This document shows positions 1-13,275 of a stretch of 64,000 nucleotides of DNA, piece by piece. How positions within the stretch are numbered: position 1 is the first letter of the stretch; the number at the start of each line of letters is the position of its first letter. This stretch comes from Octopus sinensis (taxonomy: Eukaryota), in assembly GCF_006345805.1 (NCBI RefSeq), contig NC_043008.1, positions 12,152,001-12,216,000 on the forward strand, read 5' to 3'. Made by a program: the position numbers and the translations under genes. The notes under the pieces are model-generated. The model searched no databases, had not been told where the DNA came from, and worked only from the letters and a program-made list of their open reading frames with translations.

Positions 1-85
1 TGAGTTCGAAATCTCTTGGGTTTTGGTAAGAAATTGTCAGGAAGTTATTGGAAGTTAGATTGAAAAGTTTGGCTAAATTCAGAAT

Positions 86-570
86 ACTCTTTACTCTTTT
101 ACTCTTTTACTTGTTTCAGTCATTTGACTGCGGCCATGCTGGAGCACTGCCTTTAGTCGAGCAAATTGCCCCCCAGGACTTATTCTTTGTAAAACCCGGT
201 ACTTATTATATCGGTCTCTTTTGCCGAACCGCTAAGTGACGGTGACGTAAACTCACCAGCATTGGTTGTCAAGCAATGCTAGGGGGACAAACACAGACAC
301 ACAAACATGCACACATATATATATATATATCATCATCATCATCATCATCATCGTTTAACGTCCGTTTTCCACGCTAGCACGGGTTGGACGGTATATATAC
401 ATATATACGATGGGCTTCTTTTAGTTTCCGTCTACCAAATCCACTCACAAGGCTTTGGTCAGCCCGAGGCTATAGTAGAAGACACTTCCCCAAGATGCCA
501 CGCAGTGGGACTGAACCCGGAACCATGTGGTTGGTAAGCAAGCTACTTATCACACAGCCACTCCTGCGCC
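86..570 (-). mobile_element. Family B tRNA-SINE (CORE-like, resembles octopus OR2) with nested family C fragment
   Basis: Head ggcgcaggagtggctgtg...gggttcagtccc, core ccttgggcaagtgtctt (reads cttggggaagtgtctt in this copy), (GAGTAAAA)n tail. Confidence 0.85.
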
Positions 571-959
571 TATTTAACGTCTTAGAAATATTTTTTGCAA
601 ATATTCTTTTGCCTTACATTTATCGATGCCATAGGTTAGGTTTGATAGATTAATTCTCACTTCACTGATTAAATTTTTGTTGGTGATGTAACATGCTAAT
701 CATATGCAAATCAGTTCTTAAAACCCCTTTCTGTTGGCCTGTATAAAGTAAACATGCGTACTACATCATATAAAATGTAGAGAATTATGGAAAGTACCCC
801 ACAATAAAAAAATTAGTTTAATCAGTTCCTGTTTCTCAAATGCACAAGGACAGAACCAAATATATTTGATTCCCAAACGGTAAGAGTTCACCCTTATGTT
901 ACCAATCAGGTGAAAACTGCTCCTGGTTCCATTATAAAACCTTCTTCTTTTAAAGTGAC

Positions 960-1250
960 TCTCCATCAGTTACTACAATGAGGGTTCCAATTGATCTGAT
1001 CAACAGAACAGCCTTCTCATGTGGCTGAGTATTCCTCAGACACATGAAGTTCTTGGGGAGATTCGGTGTGACATAGAATGTGACAAGGCTAACCTTTTGA
1101 ATTGCAGGTAAAACTCATTTTTACCAGCTGAGTAGACTGGAGCGACATGAAATAAAGTGTCTTGCTCAAGGACACATGTTGCCGGGAAATTGAACTCATG
1201 ACCTTACAAACACGAGCTGAATGCCTTAACCTCTATGCCACACACATTCA
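960..1250 (-). mobile_element. Family G tRNA-SINE; also about 43140-43260, 43590-43750, 53510-54090, 56650-56815
   Basis: Shared ccagctgagt(g/a)gactggagc..gtgaaat(a/t)aagtgtcttgctcaag segment plus tRNA-like head. Confidence 0.7.
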
Positions 1251-2564
1251 CAGTTTTAAAGTAATCTCAATTAAAACCTTCCTTTAAAATTTCATGTTCC
1301 TATTATGTTCCAAACATCTGGTTTATCCTGACAAGGTAACTTTACTAAATTCTTCATTCTCTTCGAAATCGGTTGAAACAAGGGCTGTGCATTTCAACAG
1401 AAAGATCATAACAAAAGGGTTGATTTAAATTAACATTAATCCCTTTGGCTTTCAGATTATTCTGTCAACTATAATGCTTATTTATTCGAATTAGTTGGAA
1501 TCAGTCCAGTAGTGTCATGCTGCTTCAAGATTTCAATGATGAGAGCATGTATTTTTAGAATGACATTGTGTGGTAGGTGTGAGAGGCCAAATCTGGTCAG
1601 TTTGAACATAAAAGAAGTGGAATATTTGGGCAGAATCGTTAGTACGCCGGGCGAAATGCTTAGCGGTATTTCATCTGCTGCTATCTCTGAGTTCAAATTC
1701 TGCCGAGGTCGACTTTGCCTTTCATACTTTCGGGGTCGATTAAATAAGTACCAGTTACGCATTGGGGTCGATATAATTTACTTAATTCGTTTGTCTGTCA
1801 TTGTTTGTCCCCCCTGTGTGTAGCCCCTTGTGGGTAGTAAAAAAATAATATGGCCTGTTTAAATACTAAAGTATTGAAGTAGCACTGGTTCATATCTATC
1901 TATCGATCTATCTGTCTGTCTGTCCATCCATCCATCCGTTCATTCGTCCCTCTGTCTGTCTGTCTGTCTATCTGCCTGTCTGCCTGTCTGCCTGTCTGCC
2001 TGACTGTCAGGTTAAGGGAATATAAATACACCAACACCCGTTGTTAAACAGTGGTGGTAGAAAACCACACATACACATAGATACACACACACACACACAC
2101 ACAAAGACACACACACATGTACAACGGGCGTCTTTCAGTTTCCAGTTACCAAAATCCACTCACATAGCTTTGGTCAGCCGAAGACTATAGCAGAAGACAT
2201 TTGGCCACGGTGCTACACAATAAAACCGAACCCACAACCATGCAGTTTGCAGGCAGACTTCTTATGACACAGCCAGCCACGCCTGTGGCATACATTTCAA
2301 TTTCAAAGAATTTTTTTTAGATTTCTAAATTTCTAAAACAAAACACCCTTCTCACTCATAGCGGGTATAGCAGCACATTTCTTTGAAATATCCGCTCACG
2401 TTTCCATCCTGACGACCAGCTTATAATTCCATATCAAAACACTAATTAAAATATCCACCATCACACATACTCTTAAACTGCATCTGTCTAATGTTCAAAG
2501 ATCTACATTAACTAGTTTTGCTTCCTCATCTCTCAGACTGATGAATGGAATAAATAATATTATA

Positions 2565-2796
2565 TATCTTTACTACTCACAAGGGGCTAAACACAGAGGG
2601 GACAAACAAGGACAGACAAAGTGATTAAGTCGATTACATCGACCCCAGTGCGTAACTGGTACTTAATTTATCGACCCCGAAAGGATGAAAGGCAAAGTCA
2701 ACCACGGCGGAATTTGAACTCGGAACGTAACGGCAGACGAAATACGGCAACGCATTTCACCCGGCGTGCTAACGTTTCTGCCAGCTCGCCACCTTA
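2565..2796 (-). mobile_element. Family A tRNA-SINE monomer with 17-bp TSD
   Basis: TSD gaataaataatattata at 2548-2564 and 2797-2813. Other monomers at about 1627-1846, 11920-12132(-), 63670-63890(-). Confidence 0.9.
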
Positions 2797-4976
2797 GAAT
2801 AAATAATATTATAAAGATGAGCAGTTTCATATCAGACTCGTCTACACTAACAGAAGACAATTGCCCATGGTGCTACACATTAAAACTGAACCCACAACCA
2901 TGCAGTTTGCAGGCAGACTTCTTACCACACAGCCTGCCACGCCTGTGGCACACATTTAATTTCGAGGAATTTTTTTTAGATTTCTAAATTTCTAAAACAA
3001 AACACCCTTCTCACTCATAGCGGGTATAGCAGCACATTTCTTTGAAATATCCGCTCACGTTTCCATCCTGACGACCAGCTTATAATTCCATATCAAAACA
3101 CTAATTAAAATATCCACCATCACACATACTCTTAAACTGCATCTGTCTAATGTTCAAAGATCTGCATTAACTAGTTTCGCTTCCTCATCTCTCTCAGACT
3201 GATGAACGGAATAAAAATAATGCTATAAAGATGAGCAGTTTCATATCAGACTCGTCTACACTGCCTTATTATCACTGTGAACTATCGGTTTATTTGAGTA
3301 TTTTATTGTGACTTCCACATTGATTTTGCCTTATACACACTCGCGGAGCAGCTACGCAAGCCAAGCACTCAGATGTCTGCTGTATACTTTTCACTACATT
3401 CAGGCTATATAGCTGATAGTGCGGTGATAAGCAAGTTGATGTGTATCTATGTGGTTACATGTATACGTATGTGTGTCTGCAGGTGCGTGTGTGCGTGTGT
3501 GTGTGCATGTGTGTGTGTGTGTATGTGCACGTGTGTATGTATGAGTGGGTGTATGGACGAGTGGGCGTATGGGTGTATAAATGAATGTGTGTATATTGAT
3601 GTATATATATATATGTGTGTGTGTGTGTTTGTGTGTATGTGTGTATATATGTATGTACATATTTATACTATACATATATATACATGTATACACACACACA
3701 CACACACGCACACACACACACACGTACACACATATATGTATGTAGATGTTTATATACATGTGTATATATACAGATATATGTATATATCTGTGCATGTACA
3801 TGTCTATATATGTGTGTCTATATACATATGTAATATATGAATGTGTATATATATGTGTGTGTGTATACATATATATGTATACATACACACACACATATAT
3901 ATATATATATATGTATACATATATATATATATATTATACACACACACACACATATATATATCCTCGAGCAACGAAAATAACCAACCACAACTCTTTCCTT
4001 TCCTTTCCTTTCCTTTCCTTCCTTCCATCCTTCCTTCCTTCCTTCCGCATCTTCTTTCTTCTTACCTTCATCTCCTTCACTTATCTCCTTCCATTCTTCC
4101 ATCCTCTCAAATTCCTTCCTTCCCATCACTTGCTTCTATTCATTCACAACGTCTCTTTTCCTCTTTCATTCTAATCTCTTTCCTCTCTGACGTAAATACT
4201 TTTATGAATTAGTAGTGACACCAATAACTATTCGAAACAAGCACCTACCTAGATATCAACTAGTCAGTTACTAGTAGCAACTGTCATCTAAATTCTTAGT
4301 TACTGTTGGCGCTTGGAACTCGGTCTTCCCTTCAGTTTTTCAGACCATTCTGTCAAATGTGAAGGTGCATGGCTTAGTGACACTTGCCCAAGGTGCCACA
4401 CAGTGGGACTGAACCCAGAACCATGTGGTTAGGAAGCAAGCTTCTTAGCTCACAGCCATGCCTGTTCCTCCTCCTCATCATCATCATTATCATCATCGTT
4501 TAACGTCCGTTCTCCATGCTAGCATGGGTTGGACAGTTTGACTGGGGATCAGGCTCCAGTCTGATCTGGCAGTGTTTCTACAGCTGGATGCCCTTCCTAA
4601 AGCCAACCACTCCGTGAGTGTAGTAGGTGCTTTTTACGTGCCACCAGCACAGGTGCCAGGCGAGGATGGCAACTGCCACGATTGGATTGGTGCTTTTTAC
4701 GTGCCACCAGCACAGAAGCCAGTCAAGGCAGCACTGGCATTGGCCACATTCGGATGGTGCTTTTTACGTGCCACCAATATATATATATATATATATATAT
4801 AAAAGCAGACGTTAAACGACGATGATGATGATGATGATGATATACATACACATATATATACATAGCCACATAAAAGCACCTCTGCTGATGCCCTCATCGT
4901 TGACAGAGTGCCAGTTTTTCTGTCAGATGTAATATTTTTCTATTTACATTCCTCCTCCTCCTCCTCCTCCTCCTCC

Positions 4977-5009
<33 letters not shown>

Positions 5010-5879
5010 CCACCACCACCACCACCACCACCGCCACCACCACCACCACCACCACCACCATCACCGTCATCATTTAACATTTGTTGTCCATGCTGAAATG
5101 GGTTGGACAGTTTGACCAGGGCTGGTAAGCTGAGAGACTGCACCAGACTCCAGTCTGATTTGGCATGGCTTTCTACTGCTGGATGCCCTTCCAAACGTCA
5201 AACACTCCAAGTGTGTAACGTGTTGCTTTTTACGTGCCACCTGCATGGGTGCCAGTTGTCCAATACCAGTATCTGCCACGACTACGATTTCGCTTGGTTT
5301 GATGGGTCTTCACAGATCTCAAGCATGAGATATTGCCAAAGATCTCAATCATTTACCACTGCCTCTGTGAGGCCCAACACTTGGAAAGTGCTTTTTGCAT
5401 GCCACCAGGATGGGTACCAGTTATATGACACCGGCATCTGCTACATAGCCTCCATGCAATATCTCATAGCTTCGAAACTTTGATGACAAGATTGTTAATT
5501 CTTTGAATGACATTCAAAGTGTTGTATCGCATGTTCGATGTACGATATCACAGGATAATAATAATATCCTTGTAAATCATTCTGCTCAAGTTACTGGTAA
5601 TAACCCCCAACAATACGCAACTCTCGGCTTTACACTACTCAAATGATTCTCTGCGCATGTCCATTTATTTTGTGGCACAGTCCATTAGGAGCCAATCAAC
5701 AGGGGTGTTCTACTTTCACACAACACAAAGGTAGGTGTGATAAGCCGGATCTGGTTGGTTTGAGCATAAAACAGATAGCATATTTGGGCCAGATATGGTC
5801 AGTTTAAATGGTAAAATACTAGCAGTAACCGTTATTAATTCCAATGTGTGTAAAGAATCCTGCTTGATTGGAATAAAGC

Positions 5880-6165
5880 AGTTTCTGTATCACTTTGATG
5901 ACATTTTTGAGAGCTTTGGTAGAAGGTTTGAATACTGATGGTATCTACCTTGATTTCAGCAGGGCCTTTGACGGGGTAGATCATAAGATCCTCTTGAGAA
6001 AATTATCTAGTATTGGTGTCTCTGGAAAGTTACTACAATGGACCAAGTGTTTCCTGACAAGCAGAACCCAACACATCGTAGTTGAAGGAGTAAGATCAAG
6101 CCCAGTCAAAGTCAGTAGTGGTGTTCCACAAGGCACTGTGGAACACCACTACTTTCTGTGTTGAT
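5880..6165 (+). pseudogene. LINE reverse transcriptase fragment (CR1/L2/Jockey type)
   Basis: YLDFSRAFDGVDHKILLRKL...WTKCFLTSRTQ...VSSGVPQG are RT motifs. Confidence 0.9.
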
Positions 6166-6588
6166 TGAGTTGAAGGTGGTTTTGTCCCTAAAACTTCTTT
6201 TGTATATATGTATATCATCATCATCATCGTTTAGCGTCCGCTTTCCATGCTAGCATGGGTTGGACGGTTCAACTGGGGTCTGGGAAGCAGACCCAGTCTG
6301 ATCTGGTAGTGTTTCTACGGCTGGATGCCTTTCCTAACGCCAACCACTCCGTGAGTGTAGTGGATGCTTTTTACGTGCCACTGGCACAGGTGCCAGACAA
6401 GGCTGGCAAACAGCCACAGTCGGATAGAGCTTTTTACGTGCCACCGGCACAGGGGCCCATTGGGGTGACACTGGCAACGGCGATGTTCGGATGGCTCGCT
6501 TACATGCCACCGGCACTGGTATCACAGCTGCAATTTCCATTGATGTCGATCGATTTCGATTTTGATTCTGATTTTTACTTGCCTCAAC

Positions 6589-6636
<48 letters not shown>

Positions 6637-6639
<3 letters not shown>

Positions 6640-6822
6640 GGTCCCGGGTTGAGTCGGGGTTAACCACAGTAAATAAGGTACTCAATACATAGCAGAGTAA
6701 ATTAATTTATTTTATAGAAGGAGCTTCTACAGGACTAGAACTGTTTCATTCAAATGAAATCATCAGGAAGCTTCCTGATGATTCATTTGAATGAAACAGT
6801 TCTAGTCCTGTAGAAGCTCCTT

Positions 6823-6828
<6 letters not shown>
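6637..6828 (-). mobile_element. PLE-like terminal repeat with inverted partial copy, inserted in (TA)n
   Basis: 117-nt near-perfect palindrome 6712-6828; the long arm continues through AATAAA; (TA)n on both flanks. Confidence 0.65.
6769..6818 (+). ncRNA. Type I hammerhead ribozyme motif (mirror copy on the minus strand at about 6722-6772)
   Basis: Stem I AGCUUC/GAAGCU, core CUGAUGA, stem II region UUCAUUUGAAU, GAAA, stem III ACAG/CUGU, GUA triplet (predicted cut after 6812). The stem II closing pair is non-canonical. Confidence 0.75.
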
Positions 6829-6863
<35 letters not shown>

Positions 6864-7409
6864 AAAGACAGATATGCCCACTCATATATTTACACATATA
6901 CAGGTCTAAACACTTCTAAACCACTTAAAAATGTTAGCATAGAAGCATGTCACTGCTGCATTGTAGCATTTAAATCCTTCTATTTCATTCATACAAGTTA
7001 ATCCATTCTGCTTTGATCAGCTCTAAGATTTTACTTGAGATTACTTGAAAGATTTCGCTTCCAGCCGCTTTTCCATTCATAGAGATTCATTGTAGAAGAG
7101 TGTGTCTGACAAGGTGGGTTGAGGGTGGTTCGGGGGGTTTCGAGAAGGAGAGAATGAAATGTTAATGAGGAATTGTGGTAATGACTGCTTAATAATTAAT
7201 GTGATATTAGCAGTTTATCCAGCGTAGGTTTGCTTTGGAAAGATTAGAGAAAATCTAGCCACGTGTATGATAATGGGCTGAAACTACAAAATTCTTGCTT
7301 TTTCTTTCCCCTATCTATCTCTCTGTCCCTTTGTCTCTCCATCCTCTTGTTTATGCCTCCAGCCATCCATCTATCTTTTTGTCTGTTTGTCCATCTGTCT
7401 GCTCAGCAT

Positions 7410-7685
7410 TCCATTTATCTATCTATCTATACACATATATACATACATGCATATATATACATATATACATACATATATATATATAAATATCTATATATAT
7501 ATATACATATATGTATATATATTTATATGCGTATATATTATATATATATATATATGTATATATATGTATATATATTTATATGTGTATATATATATCTATA
7601 TATATATATATATGTATATATATTTATATGCGTATTATATTATATATATATATATATACACATATATATATGTATACGTATATAT

Positions 7686-7723
<38 letters not shown>

Positions 7724-7985
7724 TATAAATAAATATAAATATGCATATAAATATATATACATATATATATATATATAGATATTTATATATATATGTATGT
7801 ATATATGTGTATAGATAGATGGATATATATATATAATATATATATATATATATGTATACATATATATATGTATATATATATATATCTATATATATATGTA
7901 TACATATATATGTATACGTATATATATATCATATATATATATATATATATATACCATATATATATGTACACACACACACATACAT
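7410..7985. repeat. Compound (TA)n microsatellite
   Basis: Direct reading. Similar arrays at 26130-26540, 33560-34300, 45400-45650, 62890-63230. Confidence 0.95.
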
Positions 7986-8134
7986 CAGTGTTAAAGTGCT
8001 AAGTGCATTGATATTTCACACAAAATGGAGGATATCTCTAAAAGCAGTTTTAACAGCTATTCTCCTTTAATTGACGTATTCTCATTTTTTGTAACATATA
8101 TATATCTACATACATATATATATATATATATATA

Positions 8135-8264
8135 CAATTATAAATAAGGGCAGACGAAAAAAATTTCTACGCCAATATGCTGAAAAATGGTGAGACGATT
8201 TAGTGTCTATTTTTCCACATATTGGCAAAAAAACGTTTTTTCCTTTTGCCCTTATTTATAATTG
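8135..8264. mobile_element. Tc1/mariner-type foldback MITE
   Basis: TIR CAATTATAAATAAGGGC / GCCCTTATTTATAATTG, TA flanks, inner inverted repeat gccaatatg/catattggc. Confidence 0.75.
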
Positions 8265-8394
8265 TATTTACAAGTTTCACCTTAAAAGGTATTTTTAATA
8301 CACTGATAAAATTTTTTCGAAAAATTTCATCCTTATATTAGAAGTATATCTATATCAGTCGCCATGATTGATTGCTAAATCTACAATTTTTATT

Positions 8395-8550
8395 CTTTCT
8401 CTCCTTATTTCCTCATATTCTTCCTGTTGAAGAGCGTAGGCTCGAAATGTAAAAAAACTTCGTCACATTCCTGAATGTCAAACTAAAACACCTGCTTGCT
8501 GTTCATTATACTTGTCTTCTTCTTTTGTTTTTCTGTGAATTTCAACTATA
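8395..8550 (+). mobile_element. PLE-like terminal-repeat family with variant hammerhead-like core (also about 14170-14340 +, about 28700-28880 -)
   Basis: Shared CTGTCGA-A-GAGC(GTAG)GCTC-GAAA-CGTA-AA consensus followed by a shared tail in three copies. Confidence 0.55.
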
Positions 8551-8556
8551 TATATG

Positions 8557-8613
<57 letters not shown>

Positions 8614-8746
8614 TATATACTTTTATATATTCGTTTTGCAAATAGATAGATAGAAAGATAGATAAGCAGACAGACAGACAGACAGTTAGATAGAGAGATA
8701 ATTCGAGTGATAATTAGAGAGATAATTAGAGAGATGATTAAGAGAG

Positions 8747-8777
<31 letters not shown>

Positions 8778-8778
8778 A

Positions 8779-8831
<53 letters not shown>

Positions 8832-8864
8832 CAGATAGATAGATAGACAGACAGATAGACAGAC

Positions 8865-8912
<48 letters not shown>

Positions 8913-9609
8913 GTGGATGGATGGATGGATCGATGGATGGATGGATGGATGGATGGATGGATAGATAGATAGATAAATATATATATATATATGACATCAG
9001 TGCAATAATACATATTGTAATGATATAATACAACATAATGATATAATATCCCTTAAAATTAAATAATAATGATGATGATGATGATGATGGTAATATAAAG
9101 ATTAATAAGATTATATTATTTTTCAGTCTATTAACTTCATCGTTAGAGATAAAAAATTCCTAATTTTTTTTGTTTTTTCTTCATGTCTACTTCACATTTT
9201 AATCAGTTTGACTTCCCGTGATGATCAGAGATCAAACCAATTGAAAGAGAGTAGATGTAAATATTGGAAAAATGTTTCATCTTTAAAGTTAGGTTAAAAG
9301 TCTGAAAAGTTATAATCGTATTAACAACCACTCATCTCAGACATTTAAACATTTGATTAATAATAATAATAATTAATAAATAATGAAGATGATGATGATA
9401 AGGTTGTCTTAAATTAGCACAATTTCAAAAAGTTTTAGGGTAAAGTCAGTGTGTATGTGTATGTGCGTGCATTTAGTTTTTTGGTTTGTTAGTTAGGCTA
9501 CCAATGGTTTCATGTGAAGTTATTCTTTACAATTTTTCTACATTGGTACTCATTTTTATTTTGGATGAGAATACATGAAGTTAGACCGGCATACATGTGT
9601 GCATGCGTG

Positions 9610-10007
9610 TGTGTGAGTGCTCATTGAAATTGAGAAAATGTGGCATCTCAAGGTGGTTACAATACCAGTGATCGTAGGAGCACTAGGAATGATCAAGAAG
9701 GGAACCGAAAATTATATGAGAATGATCCCTGGCTTACCATCCCTGCAAGAAGTGCAAAAGATTGTCTTAACTGGTACATCACACGTATTGAGAAGAGCAT
9801 TGTCGATGTGAGAACTATTACTACCCATGTATTTTAATTTAACTTTAAAAAAAAAAATTTTTTAATGAACGAACTAGGGAGTTTAGTTTAATGGCCTACC
9901 AATGTATACTATGAGTTTCTTTGCCCTAGGAGTTGGGAAGACACTCGGCAAGAAATGGAAGAAAATTTGAAAGAAGAAAAAAAAAAGATAACAATAATAA
10001 TAATAAC

Positions 10008-10061
<54 letters not shown>

Positions 10062-10080
10062 GTAATGATAATAATAATTA
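9610..10080 (+). pseudogene. 5'-truncated RLE-type non-LTR retrotransposon 3' end with (AAT)n tail
   Basis: KMWHLKVVTIPVIVGALG...LQEVQKIVLTGTSHVLRRAL* is a restriction-like endonuclease C-terminus, followed by UTR and (AAT)n. Confidence 0.8.
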
Positions 10081-10354
10081 CTGGCACCTGTGCCGGTGGC
10101 ATGTGTGAAAGATTCAAGTGAGGTCGTTGCCAGTACCACCTGACTGGCCTCGTGCCAGTGGCACGTAAAAAGCACCCAATACACTCTCATAGTGGTTGGC
10201 GTTAGGAAGGGCATCCAGCTGTAGAAACTCTGCCAGATCAAGATTGGAGCCTGGTGCAGCCATCTGGTTCGCCAGACCTTGGTCATTCGTCCAACCCATG
10301 CCAGCATGGAAAGCGGACGTTAAACGATGATGATGATGATGATGATGAATAATG

Positions 10355-10408
<54 letters not shown>

Positions 10409-10660
10409 TAATTACAATAATATAATTACAGTTAGGCAGAGGAGTATGGGAGCAGACAGCCTCGATGAGATTAATAGTCTGAGAAATCATAATCGCATTA
10501 ACAACTCCTTATCTCAGACGTATGAATATCAGAGAAGGCGAGTCGCTGGTTGTTTGTTCCGTTGGCTATCTCATATCATTTGTCTTTACATCTATCAAAT
10601 CTCCTCATTTTAAAGATTTAAATAACGATTTTTAATCTCATCTCTTGTACTTCTACTTAC

Positions 10661-10716
10661 TACGTATTTGCCTCCGCCTGTGTAATTCTCCAATCAAGAA
10701 GTGAGAAAGAAAAAAG
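10661..10716 (-). CDS. Candidate exon (FFLSHFLIGELHRRRQIR)
   Basis: ttgttgcag acceptor and GTAAGT donor around a 56-nt unique island. Confidence 0.3.
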
Positions 10717-11448
10717 CTGCAACAATAAACTGATCGATAAATGGTTTGTGTCTTGAAACAATTAAACTCACCCAGTAGCTCAGTCTACCTGGCTGCAATT
10801 ATCTGCTTTACTCTAAGTAGAGAGATTTTTGTAATTATCTTATTTACTTGTGTACAAGTTACACCTCTTTTCTACTCTAGGCACAAGGCCCAAAATTCTT
10901 TTTTGGGGAGGATGCCAGTCGATTAGATCGACCCCAGTATGCAACTGGTACTTAATTTATTGATCCCAACAGGATAAAAGGCAAAGTCAACCTGGCAGAA
11001 TTTGAACTCAGGACATAAAGACAGACGAAATACTTATTTCTTTATTGCCCACAAGGGGCTAAACATAGAGGGGACAAAAGAGGACAAAGGGATTAAGTTG
11101 ATTACATCGACCATGACAGGATGAAAGGCAAAGTCAACCTTGGTGGAATTTGAACTCAGAACTTAAAGACAGACGAAATACTGCTAAGCATTTCGCCTGG
11201 CATGCTGACGTTTCTGCAAGGTCGCCGCCATGCAAGTTGCACCTCTAATTTAATGGTAAATGTTGGTATATATATATGTATATATATGTATGTATATATG
11301 TATGGATATATATATATGTATATATGGATATATATATCTGACATATAAATACAATGTACATTTAAATACTTAAGAGGTATTCATCATAGGATTCCTTTCA
11401 CGCTAGAAGAAACAGCTAAAGTCCAAACCACAGTTTATTTTTTATATA

Positions 11449-11511
<63 letters not shown>

Positions 11512-11534
11512 GTATAGATATCTATATCTATACT

Positions 11535-11576
<42 letters not shown>

Positions 11577-12619
11577 TGCATACATACACACATACATATA
11601 TATGTATATGTGTGTGTGTGTCTTTGTGTCTGACCATGACCACCACTTGAAAGAAAAAGCACTATTGTTTTTATTTATATCCTCCATAACTTAGCAGTTC
11701 GGCCATAGAGACCAACAGAATAAGTACCAGGCTTTAAAAAAATCAGTACTGATGCTGATTCCTTCTACCAAAAATTCTTCAGGGTGATGCCCCAGCATGG
11801 CCACAGGCAAATGACTGAAACCAGTAAAAGGTAAAATGAAAAAAGATATTGCAAATCTAAGAAATGAAAACGGTAATGTTCCCTTCCATATATAGGCTGT
11901 AACCTTGTACGAGCTATACTTTACTACCCACAAGGGGCTAAACACAGAGAGGACAAACAAGGACAGACAAACGGATTAAGTCGATTGCATCGACCCCAGT
12001 GCGCAACTGGTACTTAATTTATCAACCCCCGAAAGGACGAAAGGCAAAGTCGACCTCGGCGGAATTTGAACTCAGAACGTAACGGCAGACGAAATACGGC
12101 CACGCATTTCGTCCGGCGTGCTAACGATTCTGGAGCATTGATTCTTTATAAGAAATTCCATCTGGCATGCATCATTTGTTCATTGGCTATTTTCTGAAGG
12201 ACTACCTCAGCTAATGAAATTTCCTAATTAATGTAATTTCATTTCTCAGATACTAACACAAAGAATGTTGACTTCTTTTGCTTCCATTTAATTCTGGTTT
12301 ATCGTTGTGATGGTTGCAGCAGATGTGGCATTGATGAGGGACCTACATCGAGAACAGCTAGGAATAAATTGCAATGGCTTAGATTGTGTTATAGATATAC
12401 GTAGACACACATACACACACACATGTCAAAGAATTGTAGTCTATCAATAAATTTTGTGTCCGTTCTATTTACTATTTGCAGAGAAAGGAAGTCTAGGCAA
12501 ATTTTCCCTATATATATGTATATATATATATTGTCAGATATAATTTTTTTAATGTTTTTATCAAGTTTCATGGCAAACTTGATTATGATATCTCACCCAT
12601 TCAAAATTAGATTTCATCG

Positions 12620-12876
12620 GACTGTCATCATCATCATTATCATCATCATCATCATCATCATCATCCTTCTTCTCGTCATCACATCACCATGGTATCCTGG
12701 CTGTTCTCCCTGTTATCACTTAAACAACTTTCGTCCTTATTTTCATCACCTGTTTGCTCACTTTCCACAATCATCACCATCACCATCATCATCATCACCA
12801 TCACGATCATCATCATCATCATCATCATCACCATCATCATCACCATCATCATCATCACCATCACCATCACCATCAC

Positions 12877-12914
<38 letters not shown>

Positions 12915-12963
12915 CCATCACCATCGCCATCATCATCATCATCATCACCACCATCACCATCAC

Positions 12964-13001
<38 letters not shown>

Positions 13002-13083
13002 CCATCACCATCGCCATCATCATCATCATCATCACCACCATCACCATCACCATCATCATCATCACCATCACCATCACCATCAC

Positions 13084-13118
<35 letters not shown>

Positions 13119-13134
13119 CCACCATCACCATCAC

Positions 13135-13172
<38 letters not shown>

Positions 13173-13275
13173 CCATCACCATCGCCATCATCATCATCAT
13201 CATCACCACCATCACCATCACCATCATCATCATCGCCATCACCAACACCATCACCATCATCATCATCATCATCAA
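12620..13275. repeat. Compound (CAT/CAC)n trinucleotide array
   Basis: Direct reading; source of the poly-H/S/I/M/D ORFs. Confidence 0.95.
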
